Below are positions 9,744 to 20,367 of a stretch of 64,000 nt of DNA, one piece after another; within the stretch, counting starts at the first letter, position 1, and each line of letters begins with the position of its first letter. The position numbers and the translations under genes are program-made. The DNA is taken from contig CBDBCF010000001.1 in assembly GCA_965202985.1 (NCBI GenBank), forward strand, positions 1,216,001-1,280,000. The letters run 5' to 3'. The stretch is from Longimicrobiales bacterium. Lineage in GTDB: Bacteria > Gemmatimonadota > Gemmatimonadetes > Longimicrobiales > Gaopeijiaceae. A model generated the notes under the pieces. It ran no database searches, was not told where the DNA came from, and saw only the letters and a list, made by a program, of their open reading frames with translations.

Positions 9744-11238
9744 GAGCGCGCCGTGGGGCGGCATCCGCTGGCTGGCCGCCGGGCGGAAGGCGTTCGTGGA
9801 CGTGGCTACGATCGACGTTCCGTATTCTTTCCACGACGTGAACTTCGGGCTCGAAGCCCATCCGGCGGACGAGCATCGGCTGCGTTTCTCGGTGTTCGCG
9901 TCCGACGACGAATTCGACTGGGACCTGTCGTCCTCGGAAACCCAGTACTCGTTCACCTCCGAATGGGCGAACCTGGCGACCTCTGCCACCTGGTCGTGGG
10001 TGCCGGGTCACCGCCTGTCCAGCGACGTGACGGCGTACTACAGCCGCTACGACGGCGAGCGGACAACCGGCGGCACCGCCAGTTCACCTGTGACGACGAA
10101 CCGCATCTCGGCGACGGGACTTCGCGCGGGCGTCACCCTTCGGGGCGACCGCTTCGGAGGACGCGCCGGCGTCGCCATCGAGGCGGGGCCAGTGACGTTG
10201 CGGACCACGGGCGGCATGGGCGGCTACGTGGACGGCGACATCTCCAACTCTTACCAGCACTTGTCGGCGTTCGCCGAGCTGGAGGGCTGGGCCGGTCCGC
10301 TTCGGATCGCGCCGGGTGTTCGAGCGGGCAGCGAGCGGCGCTCCGGGCGCAACTTCGTGGAGCCGCGGTTCTCGGTCCGCCTTCGCATGCCCGCGTTCGC
10401 GGTGAGTGCCAGCGTGGACCGGACGTACCAGTTCCTCTCCGTCCTGCGGGACGCCTACTCCCTCGAGCCGGGCGCCCCGATGTGGTTCCTGCACGGCCGG
10501 GACGCGCCCGTCAGCGCGGCCGACGGCGCGAGCGTGTCGGTGGACACGTGGCGAGGCGACGAGTGGACGGCGTCGGTGGCGGGCTGGACCCGGCGGTTCA
10601 GATCGGCGCCGCACTGGCGTCCGATTCTCTCGCGCGACCCCTCCGACGTCGAGCACCACGACGGCAGGGCACGGGGCCTCGAAGTCATGGTGCAGCGGCA
10701 CTCGGGCCGAGTCCGGGGCTGGCTGTCGTACCAGTGGGCGCGGACGGCGTTCAGCGACGCCTCCGGAGCGGAGTACGCCCCCCAGTGGGACCGACGCCAC
10801 GAGTTCGACGGGCTGATGGCGACCGACCTGCCCGGCGGCGTCGAGGCGTCGCTCCGGACCACGGTGGGCACCGGCGGACCGTTCTGGTTCCCGGCTGGCG
10901 CGTACGATGTGCTGCGCTTCGGTCCAGTGCAACGGATTAACGGGATCGGGGAGTTGCGTGGTGGGAGCTACCTGACGCGCTCGGACATGATGAAGATCTG
11001 GTCGGACGCGCAGGGACGGCTTCCGGTCTACGCTCGCCTTGACCTGTCGGTGCGTCGCGCCTTTCGCTGGGGTTCCTGGGACCTGGTCCCTTACCTCTCG
11101 GTCGTGAACGCGGGCAACAGGAAGAACGTCCTTCAGTACTACTTCACGGGCTTCACTGCCCCCGACGAGCCCTACGTGTTCGAACCAGGCAGGCAGATGC
11201 CCCTCTTCCCTTCAATCGGAATCGACGTTCGGTTCTAG
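8932..11238 (+). CDS. TonB-dependent receptor, copy B
   Basis: Paralog of 5693-8002 with the same motifs and C-terminal Phe. Confidence 0.9.
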   Translation: MMNRINIFAAALAALAGSAPPSPTFAAQAPDSGVWAVRTVDRPSGQPVSDAFVDFPEHGASGVTDDRGLVNGHGTGPAVRVLARRLGYADLDTLVAVPKAGGVVVLLLERSAVELPPLTVEAERRMTSIELHRLVFDREVAVGAVGMTQAEIKAVPPMVESDVLRSLQALAGVSSVNDYSGELFVRGGGSDQVAVLIDGAPVFAPYHMFGLFGAFNADAVESTEFYRGSIPARYGGALSGVVAARQKTGSADETRFAGGVSLLGVRFAADGSAPWGGIRWLAAGRKAFVDVATIDVPYSFHDVNFGLEAHPADEHRLRFSVFASDDEFDWDLSSSETQYSFTSEWANLATSATWSWVPGHRLSSDVTAYYSRYDGERTTGGTASSPVTTNRISATGLRAGVTLRGDRFGGRAGVAIEAGPVTLRTTGGMGGYVDGDISNSYQHLSAFAELEGWAGPLRIAPGVRAGSERRSGRNFVEPRFSVRLRMPAFAVSASVDRTYQFLSVLRDAYSLEPGAPMWFLHGRDAPVSAADGASVSVDTWRGDEWTASVAGWTRRFRSAPHWRPILSRDPSDVEHHDGRARGLEVMVQRHSGRVRGWLSYQWARTAFSDASGAEYAPQWDRRHEFDGLMATDLPGGVEASLRTTVGTGGPFWFPAGAYDVLRFGPVQRINGIGELRGGSYLTRSDMMKIWSDAQGRLPVYARLDLSVRRAFRWGSWDLVPYLSVVNAGNRKNVLQYYFTGFTAPDEPYVFEPGRQMPLFPSIGIDVRF

Positions 11239-11255
11239 AAAACACGAGGCAAACC

Positions 11256-12164
11256 ATGTCCACTAACAAACACTTCCTGCTGTCGGCCGCAACGGCTCTT
11301 GTCGCGGCGACGGCACTGATGGGCGCATGCGGCAACCCGACGGCGCCCACCGACTTTCCCGAGACCCTCAACGACCGCCTGATGGTGTTCGCCGTGCTCG
11401 ACGCCGACTCGGCACGCCAAGTGGTCGAGGTCGCAGCCGCAGACCACTACACTCGCCCCCGCCTCTCCGGGGTCCGAGTGACGATCCATCGCCGCAACAC
11501 CACTGCCGGCGGACCCGAATGGATCTTGGTCGCCGAGTGGGACAGCGCACGCGCCGTCGCTACCGGCGTGGCTATGAACGACTACGCGTCATGCGTTCGC
11601 GACAGCGACGGGTGGGCCGCAAAGTCTTTCGGAGTCGTCGCCGCGCCCGGTCTTCACAGCAGGTACTGCATGACGCCGGAAGTCCAGCTGGAGGTTGGCG
11701 CCACGTACCGAGTCGAGGCCACGGCGGAGGGCCGCGTTCCCGCCTGGGGAGAGACAACGGTGGTCGGCGACTTCGCGGTCGAAGTCGCGGGTCTCTCGGG
11801 CAACCGAGGCTCGTACGCATTGTCGGCCGGCTGGACGCCCGCGGCCGCAGCTCATCGGTACTTCGTGGCCGTCAGGCGACGCTATCGGCTCTGCGTCAAT
11901 TGCGTCGAGACTTGGTACGCCGACGTGGGCGAACCGACCTTCGCAGGCAACGTGCCCGATCTGGTCGTCGACAGTGCGGGGCCGAACCCCATGCTGGATG
12001 TGGTTGCAATGGATGCGCACCTGTACGCGTACCTAACCACCGGCCACGAGGGCCACCTGCACGAAGTCCACCCTGTCCAGAACGTGCGGGACGGGTACGG
12101 CTTCGTCGGCTCGGCGACCTACCGCAGCCGCCGGCTCGCGATCTCCGGCGGCTCGTTGCCCTAG
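11256..12164 (+). CDS. DUF4249-like outer-membrane lipoprotein, copy B
   Basis: Lipobox MGAC, GATYRVEAT, NVRDGYGFVGS; paralog of 8020-8928. Confidence 0.75.
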   Translation: MSTNKHFLLSAATALVAATALMGACGNPTAPTDFPETLNDRLMVFAVLDADSARQVVEVAAADHYTRPRLSGVRVTIHRRNTTAGGPEWILVAEWDSARAVATGVAMNDYASCVRDSDGWAAKSFGVVAAPGLHSRYCMTPEVQLEVGATYRVEATAEGRVPAWGETTVVGDFAVEVAGLSGNRGSYALSAGWTPAAAAHRYFVAVRRRYRLCVNCVETWYADVGEPTFAGNVPDLVVDSAGPNPMLDVVAMDAHLYAYLTTGHEGHLHEVHPVQNVRDGYGFVGSATYRSRRLAISGGSLP

Positions 12165-12234
12165 CGACTTGGAGAACCGGCGTTGCAACCGATTCGCGGG
12201 CTCGTTGCAACCAGTAAGTAGAGGAGGGTTTCGG

Positions 12235-13311
12235 ATGACGCGCCTCGCGACAAGAAAGAGGGCGTGGCGGTACTGGGCCGGGTTCTTCTGGCTGCCGGTG
12301 CTGGCCGTCGTGATCGCCCTGTGCTCCGACCTGACGTTCATGTCCGCCGGCGACGGATTTTCGTACGAGGAGTCCGAGCCTGGAGAAGTCGTCGCGACGG
12401 TGCCGGCCAGCGGCTCGTCTACGCCGGTGTTCCAGGGGTTGGTCGCGCTGGCGCTGTCTCGCGACCAGCAGAGCTTCTGGGCACTCGACGGCTGGGCCGC
12501 CAAGGTGTACCGCTTCGGCCTGGACGGAGAGCTGCTCGCGGAGATGGGACGGCGCGGGGAGGGCCCCGGCGAGATGACTCTTCCGGGCGCGATCCAGCCT
12601 GTCCCCGAGGGCGCTTGGGTGCTCGATCCGCAAGGCGGGCGGGCGGTGCTGTGGGGGTCGGGCGGCGAAGCGAAGAAGACGCTGAACTTGGGAGGCGTCG
12701 TCGGGGGAGTGTTCGTTCCGGCGGCGTCGGGACTGATGATCTCTGTCGCTGGGTCGCCGACGGAGGCGCAGCCGGGGGAGATCTTCGCCTACGTTTCGGA
12801 AGAGGGAACTACGCCCGTGCAAATGGACGAGGCCGCGTCGCGCACCTTGGGCGCCGTGGACGACGTTGCCGAACGCATGGTCGGGCTGCGCATGGCCGCG
12901 ACGGGTCGGAACGAGGCGATTCTGGTGCGGAACAGCGCGGACTTGGCCGCATGGAGAGCGGTCTTGAACGACGGCGCGCAACGCTTGGCGGAGTTGTCGA
13001 GCCTGCCGATTCCGGGACCGGTGCTGAGCGCGATCGGGCCGCTGGAGGACCCGGCTCCCGACATGAAGGTGCGGCCGGTATCGAGCGTCAGGGTGGTGGG
13101 CGACGACCTCTGGATCATGACAACCGGGGTCGGGCCCGAGCTGCTGGGCTTCACGATGCCGCGATCTCGGGACGCCCGAGTCGCGCTGGCGTACCCTGGC
13201 GAGCTGTACAAGAAGGGGCTGGTCGACGCCATCGTCTTGCCGGACCGCATCATCGCCGCAAGCGCGACCGAGATCGTCGTCGCCCGACGGAGGCCTTTGT
13301 CGCCGGCGTGA
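12235..13311 (+). CDS. Exported 6-bladed beta-propeller/NHL-like protein
   Basis: RBS GAGGAGG, N-terminal hydrophobic segment, motif KVYRFGLDGELLAEMGRRGEGPGE. Confidence 0.75.
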   Translation: MTRLATRKRAWRYWAGFFWLPVLAVVIALCSDLTFMSAGDGFSYEESEPGEVVATVPASGSSTPVFQGLVALALSRDQQSFWALDGWAAKVYRFGLDGELLAEMGRRGEGPGEMTLPGAIQPVPEGAWVLDPQGGRAVLWGSGGEAKKTLNLGGVVGGVFVPAASGLMISVAGSPTEAQPGEIFAYVSEEGTTPVQMDEAASRTLGAVDDVAERMVGLRMAATGRNEAILVRNSADLAAWRAVLNDGAQRLAELSSLPIPGPVLSAIGPLEDPAPDMKVRPVSSVRVVGDDLWIMTTGVGPELLGFTMPRSRDARVALAYPGELYKKGLVDAIVLPDRIIAASATEIVVARRRPLSPA

Positions 13312-13325
13312 TCCTCCCGGTGGAC

Positions 13326-14180
13326 CTACGAGTCGTGCAAAGCCGCTTCCGCCTTCCAGCGGTCGTAGCGCATTCGGAGCGTGCGGACCGGGTTGGCGTT
13401 CTCGTCCGGTCGGATGTTCTGGTCGGTCACGTCGATGAAGAGCGACCAGTCGCCGTCGTTGAACGACTCGCCCTGGGGGTCGCCCGGGTTGGCCAACAGC
13501 AGGTAGGCCACGTGCGAGGTCTTGCCGTCGCAGGACGCCGCCTTCGGCAGGGGCTCCGTCTCGCAGGTGCAGCGCCGGTCGCCGCCCTGGGCGTCCGCGG
13601 CCTCCATCGCCGCCACGACCCGGTCGGCCATTGTCCCGCCCGCGCCCTTGAAGGCGGCCACGGCCTCGTGCACCACGTCGTCCGACGCCAGGATGTTGCC
13701 TTGCACCGAGAACGCGATCCCGGCGCCGGGCACGCTGTCGGCCACGACCAGCGACGCCGCCCCGTTCTCGCTGCCGGAGTGGCCCGCCGAGCGCCCGCGC
13801 ATGTCCACGATGGCGAACTGGCGCCGCTCGAAGTCGGGGTCCGCCGCCAGCATGCCGACGATCTCCTCCGGCGGCGTCTCCTTCTTGAGCTCCGCGTGGA
13901 TCAGCATCTGGTTCGCTCGCGTCCGGTCGACCCCCGCCTGGGCCGCGGCCGCGCCCACGCCGGGCGCCACGATCGCTTGGATGTCCATGAGTCCCTTGGC
14001 GGGGAACCCGGAGAAGCGCGCCTGAGCCACGCACGTGGCCGACGCGACGATCACCTGGCCGGTGCGCATGTCCACCGCGACGACCGACCACGTGGCCGAC
14101 AGCCAAGCCGGAACGAAGAACGCGAGAAGCAGGCCGGCCAACAGCCTGCGGGCTTGCCGGAAGCGGCGAAAACGATTCAT
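13326..14180 (-). CDS. DUF1028-family Ntn-hydrolase-like secreted protein
   Basis: Signal peptide, then [30 protein letters not shown]. Confidence 0.85.
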   Translation of the reverse strand: MNRFRRFRQARRLLAGLLLAFFVPAWLSATWSVVAVDMRTGQVIVASATCVAQARFSGFPAKGLMDIQAIVAPGVGAAAAQAGVDRTRANQMLIHAELKKETPPEEIVGMLAADPDFERRQFAIVDMRGRSAGHSGSENGAASLVVADSVPGAGIAFSVQGNILASDDVVHEAVAAFKGAGGTMADRVVAAMEAADAQGGDRRCTCETEPLPKAASCDGKTSHVAYLLLANPGDPQGESFNDGDWSLFIDVTDQNIRPDENANPVRTLRMRYDRWKAEAALHDS

Positions 14181-14254
14181 GTAGCGTGCCCAAGTTTGGG
14201 GTTCGGAGCCGATTCGGCCGGGATGCGCGCTCACAACAGGTAAGGAGTCCAACC

Positions 14255-15763
14255 GTGACGGACAAGCTGACCCGCAGGACGTTCGTGGACCGAGGGTCCA
14301 AGCTGGCCATGGGGGCCATGGTCGTGCCCCGCCACGTGTTGGGCGGCTCGGGGCGCCAGGCGCCGTCGGAGCGACTTTCGATCGGCATCGTCGGCGTGGG
14401 CGGCCAGGGCACGGAGGTCGCGTTGGAGTTGGGCGACGAGCACGTTGCGGCCGTCTGCGACGTGGACTTCGGCGTTGTGCATCGTCGCGTCCAGGAGCGG
14501 CTGACCGACAACGACGGCGCTCCCAGCGAGAAGGGACGGCGTTGGCGGGAGCAGTTCCTGCCGGCTCGCCAGTACGTGGACTTCCGGGAGATGCTGGATC
14601 GGGAGGACGGGTTGGACGCCGTGGTGGTGGCGACGCCCGATCACACGCACGCAACGATCGCCAAGGCGGCGATGGAAGCCGGCAAGCACGTCTACGTCGA
14701 GAAGCCGCTGACGTACACGGTCCGCGAGGCGCGCGTGCTGACGCAGGTTGCGGAGGAGACGGGCGTCGTGACGCAGATGGGCAACCAGGGCCACTCCAGC
14801 GACGACGCGCGGCGGATCAACGAGTGGGTGCAGGCGGGCGTGATCGGAGACGTGGCCGAGGTGCACGCTTGGACCAACCGGCCGATCTGGCCCCAGGGCG
14901 TCCGGCGACCCGCGCGTTGGGAAGAGGGGCTGAACCCGAAGTGGTACCAGCAGTGGCACCAGGACGCGATCCTGTCCTTGGCGGCGGACGTGATGGATGC
15001 CGGCTACGCGGAGCCCCAGGGCATGAACTGGGACCTGTACTTGGGACCGGTGGTCCGCGACCTGCCCTATCACCCGGTTTACCACCCCTTCAACTGGCGG
15101 GGCTGGGTCGATTTCGGCACCGGCGCGCTGGGAGACATGGGCGCCCACCTGCTGGACCACCCGTACTGGGCGCTGGACCTGGGCCTTCCGACCAGCGTGG
15201 AGGCCACGTCGTCGCCCTGGGGCGGCCCGACCGACAACCCGCACACTTTCCCCCTGGCCACGCGCGTCCACTTCCGGTTTCCGGCGCGTCCCGCCTCGGG
15301 CCGAGCGCGGAACGGCATGCCGGCCGTTGACCTGCACTGGTACGACGGCGGCCTCATGCCGCCCCGCCCCGTCGGACTGCCGGACGACGTGGAGCTGAAC
15401 CGCACGGGCGGCGTGATCTTCGTCGGGAGCGACGGGCTCCTGATGCACGACACCTACGGCGGCAACCCCCGGCTCTTCCCCGAGTCGCTGGCCGAAGAGG
15501 CCGCTGCGGTTCCCGAGTCCTATCCGCGCATCGAGGAGTCCCACGTCGCGAACTGGGTGAAGGCGTGCAAGGAGGGCGGCGTCGCTTCGTGCCCCTTCGA
15601 CTACGGCGCCAAGCTCACGGAGGTGATGCTGCTGGGGATCGCGGCGCTTCGCGCGGGCCAGGGCCGCAAGATCGAGTACGACGACGCGGCGATGCGCGTC
15701 ACGAACGCCGAAAAGGCGAACACGTTCCTGACGCGGGAGTACCGGGACGGCTGGGAGGTGTAG
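14255..15763 (+). CDS. Gfo/Idh/MocA oxidoreductase with Tat-like signal
   Basis: RBS AAGGAG + [39 protein letters not shown]. Confidence 0.9.
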   Translation: MTDKLTRRTFVDRGSKLAMGAMVVPRHVLGGSGRQAPSERLSIGIVGVGGQGTEVALELGDEHVAAVCDVDFGVVHRRVQERLTDNDGAPSEKGRRWREQFLPARQYVDFREMLDREDGLDAVVVATPDHTHATIAKAAMEAGKHVYVEKPLTYTVREARVLTQVAEETGVVTQMGNQGHSSDDARRINEWVQAGVIGDVAEVHAWTNRPIWPQGVRRPARWEEGLNPKWYQQWHQDAILSLAADVMDAGYAEPQGMNWDLYLGPVVRDLPYHPVYHPFNWRGWVDFGTGALGDMGAHLLDHPYWALDLGLPTSVEATSSPWGGPTDNPHTFPLATRVHFRFPARPASGRARNGMPAVDLHWYDGGLMPPRPVGLPDDVELNRTGGVIFVGSDGLLMHDTYGGNPRLFPESLAEEAAAVPESYPRIEESHVANWVKACKEGGVASCPFDYGAKLTEVMLLGIAALRAGQGRKIEYDDAAMRVTNAEKANTFLTREYRDGWEV

Positions 15764-15772
15764 GCGGGCGAA

Positions 15773-16750
15773 TCAGAGCTCGACCAGCCGGCCCCGATCC
15801 GCGGCTTCCGCGCGATCGAGCACGAGCGCGCCCACGGCCACGTCCTGCACGGCGACGCCTACGGACTTGAAGAAGGTGAGGTCGCGGCCAGCGCTTCCTT
15901 GGGGTGCGCGACCGGCGACGATCTCTCCCAGTTCGGCGTCGACGACGTTCGGCGGCACGATCCCTTCGCGGACGGGGACGATCAGGTCGCCCGCCTCTTC
16001 CATCGCCGCCTCGCGCTGCTCCACCACGACCCGGGCACGCTCGACCACCTCGGGGCCGATCTCCTGCATGGCGGGCATGAAGCTGCCGCTGCCGCTGACG
16101 TGCGTGCCCGGGGGCAGCTCGGCGCCGTCGAACACGGGCGTGGACGACGTGGTGACGGCCGCGATCACGTCGGCGCCGTCCACCGCCTGCGCGGGGTCGT
16201 CCAGCGCCCGGGCCTCGACCCCGTCCAGTCGGGCTGCCAAGCGGCGCGCCGATTCGCCGTGCCGGGACACGATCCGCACCTCTTCGATGGGCCGCACGGC
16301 TCGCATCGCCTCGATCTGACGGGGCGCCTGGGCGCCTGCGCCGAACAAGGCCAGGACGCGCGAGTCCGGGCGGCTGAGCAGTCGCGCCGCCAAGCCGGCG
16401 GCCGCCGCCGTGCGCACGGCTGTGAGCTCGCCCGCTTCGACGAGCGCCGTGGGGACGCCGGTCTCGTCGTCCAGCATGAGCAGGACGCCGTGAATGGCGG
16501 GCAGGTCGCGGGCGCGGTTGCCGGGAAAGATCGACACGACCTTGGCGCCCCGCTTGCCGCCTGGGCCGTGGTCCGGGCCCTTCGTCCGGGCCGGCATGAA
16601 CAGGCTGGTTCCCGCGCCCGTGGAGAGGGACCCGCGAACCGGCATCTCGGCGTCCCCCGCCGACAGCCCGGCGAAGGCCTGGGCCATCGCCTCGACGGCG
16701 TCGTCCATGGTGACCAGCGCCCGCACGTCGTCGCGGGACAGCACCCGCAT
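15773..16750 (-). CDS. Ornithine cyclodeaminase/mu-crystallin family protein
   Basis: LTAVRTAAA, FGAGAQA, FFKSVGVAVQD. Confidence 0.9.
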   Translation of the reverse strand: MRVLSRDDVRALVTMDDAVEAMAQAFAGLSAGDAEMPVRGSLSTGAGTSLFMPARTKGPDHGPGGKRGAKVVSIFPGNRARDLPAIHGVLLMLDDETGVPTALVEAGELTAVRTAAAAGLAARLLSRPDSRVLALFGAGAQAPRQIEAMRAVRPIEEVRIVSRHGESARRLAARLDGVEARALDDPAQAVDGADVIAAVTTSSTPVFDGAELPPGTHVSGSGSFMPAMQEIGPEVVERARVVVEQREAAMEEAGDLIVPVREGIVPPNVVDAELGEIVAGRAPQGSAGRDLTFFKSVGVAVQDVAVGALVLDRAEAADRGRLVEL

Positions 16751-16752
16751 CG

Positions 16753-17427
16753 TCACTGGTTTGCGCCGTCTCCCGCAAGCTGCAAGGCCGCTCGGTACCG
16801 AGACGCCAGCACTCTGCGGTGATGCAGGGAGTGCCCGGCCGCGATCCACGCCAAGCTACGCACCGTGAACTCGCAACCGCTGGCGGTACCGCGCCGGTCC
16901 CAGACGCCGGCGTCGAAGCCCTTGAAGAGCGCCGCCGTGGCGGCGCGCACGGCGACCAGCTCCGCCCGGAGCTCCGGCAGGGGCCGCTCGTTCGCTCCGG
17001 ATTCGCGGACGTAATTGTTCTCGTCGAACCCCGGATAGGACGCGGGGTCGTTTCGGGCGAACGCCAGGGCTCGCACGGCGAAGACGCGCTCGGCGTCGAT
17101 CACGTGTCCGACGACGTCGCGGATCGTCCACTTGCCGGAGGCGTAGCGGTAGCCCTCCCAGAGGGGCGACACTCGGTCCAGCAGCTCCTGCCACGCCGCT
17201 ATGTCGGCCTCCAACAGCCGATCCAACGAACCGTCCATGGCCGCTACCGCCGCCTCCTCCACGTACGGACGGTAGAACGGCGCGCACTCGTCGTTGGCAG
17301 GCGGACCGGGCCATCGCGCAAGGCTCGTCGGCACACCCTCGGCGCCGGCGGGCGGTCCAGGCGTCGCGGCCCGCGCTTCGAGCGCTCCGTCCCGAGCCCC
17401 GCGGCCCGTGCCCGGCGCCTCTTTCAT
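16753..17427 (-). CDS. DinB-family protein
   Basis: YASGKWTIRDVVGHVIDAERVF...AGHSLHH. Confidence 0.85.
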   Translation of the reverse strand: MKEAPGTGRGARDGALEARAATPGPPAGAEGVPTSLARWPGPPANDECAPFYRPYVEEAAVAAMDGSLDRLLEADIAAWQELLDRVSPLWEGYRYASGKWTIRDVVGHVIDAERVFAVRALAFARNDPASYPGFDENNYVRESGANERPLPELRAELVAVRAATAALFKGFDAGVWDRRGTASGCEFTVRSLAWIAAGHSLHHRRVLASRYRAALQLAGDGANQ

Positions 17428-19703
17428 TCCGACACGACCCGGCCCACGAACGCGCGCACCCGGTCGTGGCTCTTCAGCACCATCACCGTGGTGCGAGCCT
17501 CGCGCGCAATGCGCTCCGGCAGCGTCCCGAACAGGACCCGCGTCGAGAAGCTTTCGCTGGACGCCCCGACCATGACGGCGTCGAAGTTCCCAGACGCCCC
17601 CAGCACCGCTTCGGCCACCCCGGGGCCTTCCAGGATCCGCGTGTCCACTGGGGCGTCCGGGCCGGAGACCGGCGTCTCGGCTGCGTGCGCGTCTGTGTCG
17701 GACAACGCGTCCTCGCCAGCCGCCGCCTGCTCCTCCGCCAGCGCCCTCCTCTCTTCCGCCAGGCGCTCCGCCTCGCTGGTCCGCCGGGACTCGGGCGCGT
17801 CCGGGGGCACGACCGAGGCCAAGGTCAGCCGACCGCCCTCGCCCGCAGTCGCCAGGTCCAGAGCGTAGCGCTGCGCCTGTTGGGCATGGACGCCGCCCGC
17901 GGTCGGCAGCAGGACTCGATGGGGCACCGCAGGCTCGGCACCGAACTTGACCAGCAGAATGTCGGCGCGCCCTAGCCGCACCACGTCGTCGGTGACTTCG
18001 CCCAGGATGCGCCGGGTGGTGGTCGTGTAGCCCTTCCAGCCAAGGAGGATCATGTCCGCGCGCCGCTCCCGGGCGGACTCCAGGACGGCCCGGGCCACAT
18101 TGTGCCCCACGCGCACCTCCGACGACACGGGAACGCCCACCGACGCCTCCAGGCTCTGGATGCGCTCCAGGACATGGCGCTCCTCCTCGATGGCGGCTCT
18201 AGCCAGCGAAGGCGGGAGCTGCTCGGGCACCTGCACCACGCGCAGCACCGCGATCTCGCCGCCTCGGGGCTTGGCCACGGCGGCCGCCATGCGCAGCAGC
18301 GGCTCGGCGGTGCGGGGGTTGTGAACCGGCAGCAGAACCCGAAACCGGGCCGTGCCGGGCGATGCGCGAAGCGCCACGACCTTGGAGTCGGGGCCGGCGG
18401 GCTCGGGCACGTCGAACCGGGTTCCCCGCCAAGCGGCGAAGGCGAAGAAACCCGTCGCGATCGCCGCCGCCACCAGCAGCACGGGCCGGATGTGGCCGCC
18501 CGCGGGGATCTGAAGGATCAGGTAGACGTTGGCGACGATGCCCAGGGCAGGCAGCAGCGGAACCAGCGGGACCCGGAACGGGCGCTCCACGTCGGGGAAG
18601 CGGCGCCGATGCACCACGAGGGCCGCGTTCACCAGCGACAGCGCCAGGAGCAGGACCAAGTTCGCGAAATGCGCAAGCGACTCCAGCGGAAGCACCAGGG
18701 CGAACGCCCCTATTGCGCCGCCCACCGCCGCCAGCGCCGCCACCGGCGTCCGCGTGCGGTTGCTGACCATCCCGACGATGCCCGGAAGGTGTCCCAGCCG
18801 ACTCATGGAGAGCGCGACTCGGGAGCCCGCCAGGATCGAGGCGTTCGAGGCCGATATCATCGAGAACAGGGCGCCGCCCACGATCACCATGCCGCCCACG
18901 GGTCCCAGGAACCGTCGCGCCGCCACGCCCATGGCCGCTTCCGTGTACTCGGTCAGGTCGGCCACGACGACGACCAGCACGACCAGCGCGTAGAGCACCG
19001 TCACCACGAGCATCGAGATGAAGATCGCCCGGGGGATCGTCTTGGTCGGCTCCATGACTTCGCCCGCCGAAGCCGCGATCGCCGAGAAGCCGAAGAAGGT
19101 GATGAAGACCAGCGCGGCCGTGGAGGCGATCAGGGGCACGTCCCGGCTGAACCGCTCCTGCAAGACGCCCGCGTCCACGTTGCCCAGCCCGCCGACCACG
19201 AACCAGACGAGCAGAACGATCTTGGCCGCCGTGACGACGATCTGGAAGGTTCCGCTCTCCTTGGTGCCCTTGACGTTGAGAAGGGTCAGGGCCGCCAGGA
19301 ACAGCAGTCCGGGCAGGGCGGGAATGGGCGAGTGCCAGAGGAACTCGTTGAAGTAGGTGGAGAGGCTGGCGATGTAGAAGGCGCAAGAGGACGCGTACCC
19401 CAGCAGCAGGCACCAGCCCACCAGATAGGCCAGGAGCGGCGGAAAGGTCTTGCGCGCGTAGAGGTAGCCTTCGCCCGAGCGGGGATATATCGACGCGAAC
19501 TCGCAGTAGGTGAGCGCCGTAAACGCCGCCACCAGCGCCGCAAGCAGGAACGACGCGATGGCGGCGCTGCCCACGTAGCCCACCGCCAGCCCCGACAGCG
19601 TGAAGATGCCGGCGGCGATCATGGTGCCCGTCCCGATGGCAAGGGCCGAGACGAGCCCCAGGTCGCGGCTCAGGCCTTCATGGACGGCCTTGGGTTCGGA
19701 CAA
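17424..19703 (-). CDS. APC amino acid permease fused to universal stress protein domains
   Basis: GTMIAAGIF and many TM helices, followed by USP-like segments (ADMILLGW; LFGTLPERIA). Confidence 0.9.
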   Translation of the reverse strand: MSEPKAVHEGLSRDLGLVSALAIGTGTMIAAGIFTLSGLAVGYVGSAAIASFLLAALVAAFTALTYCEFASIYPRSGEGYLYARKTFPPLLAYLVGWCLLLGYASSCAFYIASLSTYFNEFLWHSPIPALPGLLFLAALTLLNVKGTKESGTFQIVVTAAKIVLLVWFVVGGLGNVDAGVLQERFSRDVPLIASTAALVFITFFGFSAIAASAGEVMEPTKTIPRAIFISMLVVTVLYALVVLVVVVADLTEYTEAAMGVAARRFLGPVGGMVIVGGALFSMISASNASILAGSRVALSMSRLGHLPGIVGMVSNRTRTPVAALAAVGGAIGAFALVLPLESLAHFANLVLLLALSLVNAALVVHRRRFPDVERPFRVPLVPLLPALGIVANVYLILQIPAGGHIRPVLLVAAAIATGFFAFAAWRGTRFDVPEPAGPDSKVVALRASPGTARFRVLLPVHNPRTAEPLLRMAAAVAKPRGGEIAVLRVVQVPEQLPPSLARAAIEEERHVLERIQSLEASVGVPVSSEVRVGHNVARAVLESARERRADMILLGWKGYTTTTRRILGEVTDDVVRLGRADILLVKFGAEPAVPHRVLLPTAGGVHAQQAQRYALDLATAGEGGRLTLASVVPPDAPESRRTSEAERLAEERRALAEEQAAAGEDALSDTDAHAAETPVSGPDAPVDTRILEGPGVAEAVLGASGNFDAVMVGASSESFSTRVLFGTLPERIAREARTTVMVLKSHDRVRAFVGRVVSE

Positions 19704-19718
19704 GGCGTCTCCCGCGCG

Positions 19719-20270
19719 TCAGCCGACGGCGTCGTCCGCGTCCGCGGGCGGAAGAAGGGCGCGCACGTCCTCTTGCACGTCGGCGGCCATGGGGCGGAAC
19801 GGGCCGGTCCACTTGCGCGCGATTCTGCCCTCGGCGTCGACCAGGAAGCTGCCGGGCAGACCGGGCAGGAAGTAGGCGTCCATGATCTGCCAGGACGTGT
19901 CGTGATAGAGCGGGAAGGTGATGCCCAGGTCGTCCGCGAAGGCGCGTATCTGGTCGCGGGCCGACCGGTCGTCCACGCTGACGCCCACCACGCGGAAGCC
20001 CCGGTCCGCGTAGGCGTCGTGCAGCTCCTGGAGTTCGGGCATCTCGTGCCGGCAGGGGGCGCACCACGTGGCCCAGATGTTGAGCATGTACGGCGCGCCG
20101 AGCAGGTCGTCGCGGCCCACCGAGTCGCCGGCCAGCGTGACGGCGGCGAAGTCGGGCGCGGGGTCGCCAGCCACGGGCGCTCTCGTCTCTCCGCCGGCGC
20201 ACGCCGCCGTCCACGCGGCCGCCAGCCACGCGACGGCCAGCCCCCGGAGCCGCGCAAGGTTACTCTTCAT
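19719..20270 (-). CDS. TlpA/ResA-family thiol-disulfide oxidoreductase (lipoprotein)
   Basis: APDF...NIWATWCAPCRHEMP; lipobox TAAC. Confidence 0.9.
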   Translation of the reverse strand: MKSNLARLRGLAVAWLAAAWTAACAGGETRAPVAGDPAPDFAAVTLAGDSVGRDDLLGAPYMLNIWATWCAPCRHEMPELQELHDAYADRGFRVVGVSVDDRSARDQIRAFADDLGITFPLYHDTSWQIMDAYFLPGLPGSFLVDAEGRIARKWTGPFRPMAADVQEDVRALLPPADADDAVG

Positions 20271-20367
20271 AAGGCCAAAGCTACCGCTGCCGGGTCCCAC
20301 CGCAACCCTTCGCGGCGCGCCGCCGTAGTGTCCCGGACGAATCAACGGGCGAACCAGGACGAACACG

